From positions 620,001 through 684,000 of the forward strand of contig VJWM01000019.1 in NCBI GenBank assembly GCA_010909165.1: a DNA stretch of 64,000 nucleotides. Direction: 5' to 3'. Position 1 is the first letter of the stretch; each line of letters starts with the position of its first letter. Below the pieces are notes generated by a model. It searched no databases, was not told the DNA's origin, and saw nothing but the letters and a program-made list of their open reading frames with translations. A program made the translations under genes and the position numbers. This document shows positions 61,193 to 64,000 of this stretch, one piece after another. Source of the stretch: Anthoceros angustus. Lineage: Eukaryota > Plantae > Anthocerotophyta.

Positions 61193-63561
61193 CTAATCTA
61201 CTACATGTGGTCTTCTAGTGCTTGAGAAGGTTGTGGAAGAAGCTCTCGAGGTGGAGGTTGAGAGCAAAGCCCCCGTGGGCGTAGCTTTCATCGTGGCTTT
61301 CACTTCGATGTGCTTGGTTCTAGCATCAAAAGTTGCAATCTTAGTTAAGAAGATGCAACTTTGATTGTCGTTGAAGATTGTTGTTGCTTCCTTTTGCTTG
61401 AATACCATCTCCTCTAGCAAGTTACGCAACCATATCGCCTCCATGACTAGAGAGCATGTTGCCATATATTCTGCTTCTGTACAAGATAGAGCTACAGTAG
61501 GTTGTCTCCTAATATTCCAAGAAATGGCTCCCCCATTCAGCATAAACACATATCCAGTTGTAGACTTGCGACTATCAACATCTCCTATCCAGTCTGAATC
61601 ATAATATCATATCACTCGGACTTCTGGCTGATGCTCCTGTTGATACACCAAATTCCAGTGCTTTATACCATTCAAGTACCTCATTATCCTCTTCACAGCT
61701 TGAAATTGCTGCTGTCCAGGGTTAGCCATAAATTGACTTGCAACTCCCACTGCCTCTGCAATGTCAGGCCTTGTCCCTGTAGATAAATAGGTGAGGCATC
61801 CAACAACACACACTAGTAGAGAGTTTTATCTACCTTTTCCTTCTCTTCTTCAGTAGTAGGACTCATCTCCTTTGAGAGCTTCTCATTAAGCACCATTGGT
61901 GTCTTCACAGGCTTGCACTCTTGCATTCCAAAGCGCTTCAAGACATTCTCAACAATTTTCCTTTGGCTCAAAAATCAAGCACAATTCTGATATATCAAGC
62001 ACAATGCTGATACGAGCATAAAGCGATATCTGATTGGTTCGGTGAACCTTCCCAACATGCGCCCTTGGCAATTCTGTTCAATATCAAGCACAATGCTGAT
62101 TGGTTCGGTGAACCTTCCCAACATGCACCCTTAGCATAATCGCGGCTCACCAATCTTCTTCAAATCCAAGCCCCTCAGCATTTGTTGATTGTTATTGTCA
62201 TCATCTTAATGTTGTCCTGCACTCCAGTGTGCCCCAAGCATTGATACCACAAATCTACTGACCCAGTGCTTTTAGGCGAGCTTGACACAAATGTGCAAGC
62301 TTGTTGATCACCTACAGAAGAACACAACTTATTATGATTGGCTTCCCTAACACCTCGAGCTATCACCTTGACATTAAGTGATTCTGGTTGCTCGGGTTGG
62401 ATGTGACATCCCTTTCCCTCGAGTTGAACACAATCTCATTCCCAAGGTCAGTGATTCTTGCTACTGAAAGAAGATTCTTCACAAGAATATGCACATGGTG
62501 CACATCCTTGATTGTACCTTTGGATGGTCCTCCAGAGAGTTGAACCTTGATCACACCTCTTCCTTTGATCTCATGTGCCCTATTGTCTCCAAGCGCTACC
62601 TTATGCCTTGCCAGCATTTCTTCATAGCTTGAGAACTAAGGCCGATTGTAGGTGAAGTATAGAGACGCTCCAGAGTCAAGGTACAAACTCTCATCCTTCT
62701 TTGATGCGCGCTGTCGTACCCTTTTTACGGTTGAGACAGCAAAGAAATATTCTTTCTCCTTACTCACTTGATTGTCTTGTGATTCCTTTTCACTTCTTCT
62801 TCAAGTTAGCCAACCTTGTCCTATAATCCTTGGCATAGTGGTTAGGCTTTTTGTAAGAATGGCAAGTACCCTACATCTTTTTCTTTGCACCTTTGTCCTT
62901 CGATTCTTCTCTACAGTTGGCTTGTGAAGTCTTCCCACGTGTTGTTCCCTTCTTTGGAAAGAGCACCGAGTCTCCATTCTCTTCTTTCTTGAAGGAATTC
63001 TCCTTGTAGGAGCAACCCAACCATCTCATCCAACATTGGTGGTTTATTGCTTGGACGCATCGCTACCGCCGTTCTGAAGGCCAACACAAATTGTTTGTAT
63101 GCGGAAGGTAGGCTACTCAACAACACCATGCTAACCTTTCTTTCAGAAGGTTTAACATCCGCTGCCTTCATTTGATCCACTAAGTTCACAAACTTGTTGA
63201 CATGTTGTTGAATGGTGTCACCCTTGGTCATCTTGAAGTGGGCAAATTATTGCTCCAATAAGATCTCATTCACCAAGCTCTTCTTCTCATATGTGTTGTA
63301 GAGGGTCGTCCACGCCACATTTGAGGTTGCACGCTCACTCAATTGAGAGAGCATGTCATTGGACACATTGAGGAGGATTATCGCCAGCGCTCGTCTATCT
63401 TTCTCGGTATCCGCTTCGGTGGGTATTTCTCCGAGGCCGTTGTCGACGAAATTCCATGGTCCTTAGTCGATGAGAAGCATCTTTAGCTTCAACTTCCACA
63501 ATGAAAAGTTCGTGCCTCCAAACTTCTCCACTAGACGTGTCTCCATGCTTGTTGATGTCAT
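61193..63561 (-). mobile_element. Internally deleted, degenerate Ty1/copia retrotransposon (gag, protease region, RT C-terminus, RNase H)
   Basis: VEKFGGTNFSLWKLKLKMLL and VLLSSLPSAYKQFV (gag); VALGDNRAHEIKGRG; VGCLTYLSTGTRPDIAEAVG..AVKRIMRYL, DSDW.GD..RKSTTGY and [32 protein letters not shown]. Most of integrase and RT is missing; stops. Confidence 0.92.
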
Positions 63562-63715
63562 GCCTAGCTTCCCTTCAATCGATCGTTCAGATTGATCAGA
63601 ACAGAACACCTCACTTAGATGCACTACAAGGACTACTACCAAGACCTTCTTAATTGCACACAAGTTCTCACAAGCACAAGGTTAAGAGCTAGATGCATTT
63701 ATACACAAGATTTCC

Positions 63716-64000
63716 CACTACTACTAGGGAGAGGGGTATTTTACAAAACCCCTTTTGCCAATCTCCCAATCTTTGCAACGTCTAAAAACCTCTGCTGTAA
63801 ATTGGTTTAAGTTTCGCTGATGTGGCAAGTTTTAAGACTCGATTTACAACGGGGGTTTCTAGTTGGATGATGTGGCACTCTTTTGGGTGCTCATTTACAA
63901 CAACAGATTGATGACAGGGCTCCCACGTTGTAGATTACGTTGTAAAAGCTTTTTTTTTCAAAATTTGATCTTTATTTTTCAAAAAATCTTTATTAATAAT
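63716..64000 (+). mobile_element. Probable CACTA (En/Spm) transposon end
   Basis: Begins CACTACTACTAGGG, followed by direct and inverted subterminal motifs TTTACAAC(G) and CGTTGTA(A/G)A. The other end is not in the window. Confidence 0.5.

Overview
Eukaryotic, gene-dense plant nuclear DNA with short GT-AG introns, interrupted by AT-rich transposon and tandem-repeat tracts. The gene content includes a KP-type DYW PPR protein, tandem dirigent-like genes, several polyphenol oxidase copies and a cupin remnant. This mix points to a non-seed land plant, most likely a hornwort; that is inference, not shown directly. Apparently intact genes, in order: PLS-DYW:KP PPR (runs off the left edge), SDH5, a conserved plastid protein of unknown function, tRNA-Gln(CTG), RING1-like PRC1 E3 ligase, EMB2004-like RNI/LRR plastid protein, CPK28-type CDPK, two dirigent-like genes in a duplicated block, a secreted-type PPO, RMI2, a CbiA/CobB + BtuF-like fusion, intronless PIG-A and Bax inhibitor-1. 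Three candidates stand out for follow-up. (1) A spliced gene fusing an intact-looking cobyrinate a,c-diamide synthase to a cobalamin/iron periplasmic-binding-type domain, unexpected in a land plant. (2) A putative U-to-C editing factor carrying an OSB-type 'PDF' nucleic-acid-binding motif at its N-terminus. (3) A tandemly duplicated dirigent + PPO cassette whose PPO has a signal peptide, no C-terminal latency domain and altered active-site residues. All protein identifications are by eye from recalled family motifs; no database searches were run, and exon boundaries and repeat ends are approximate.
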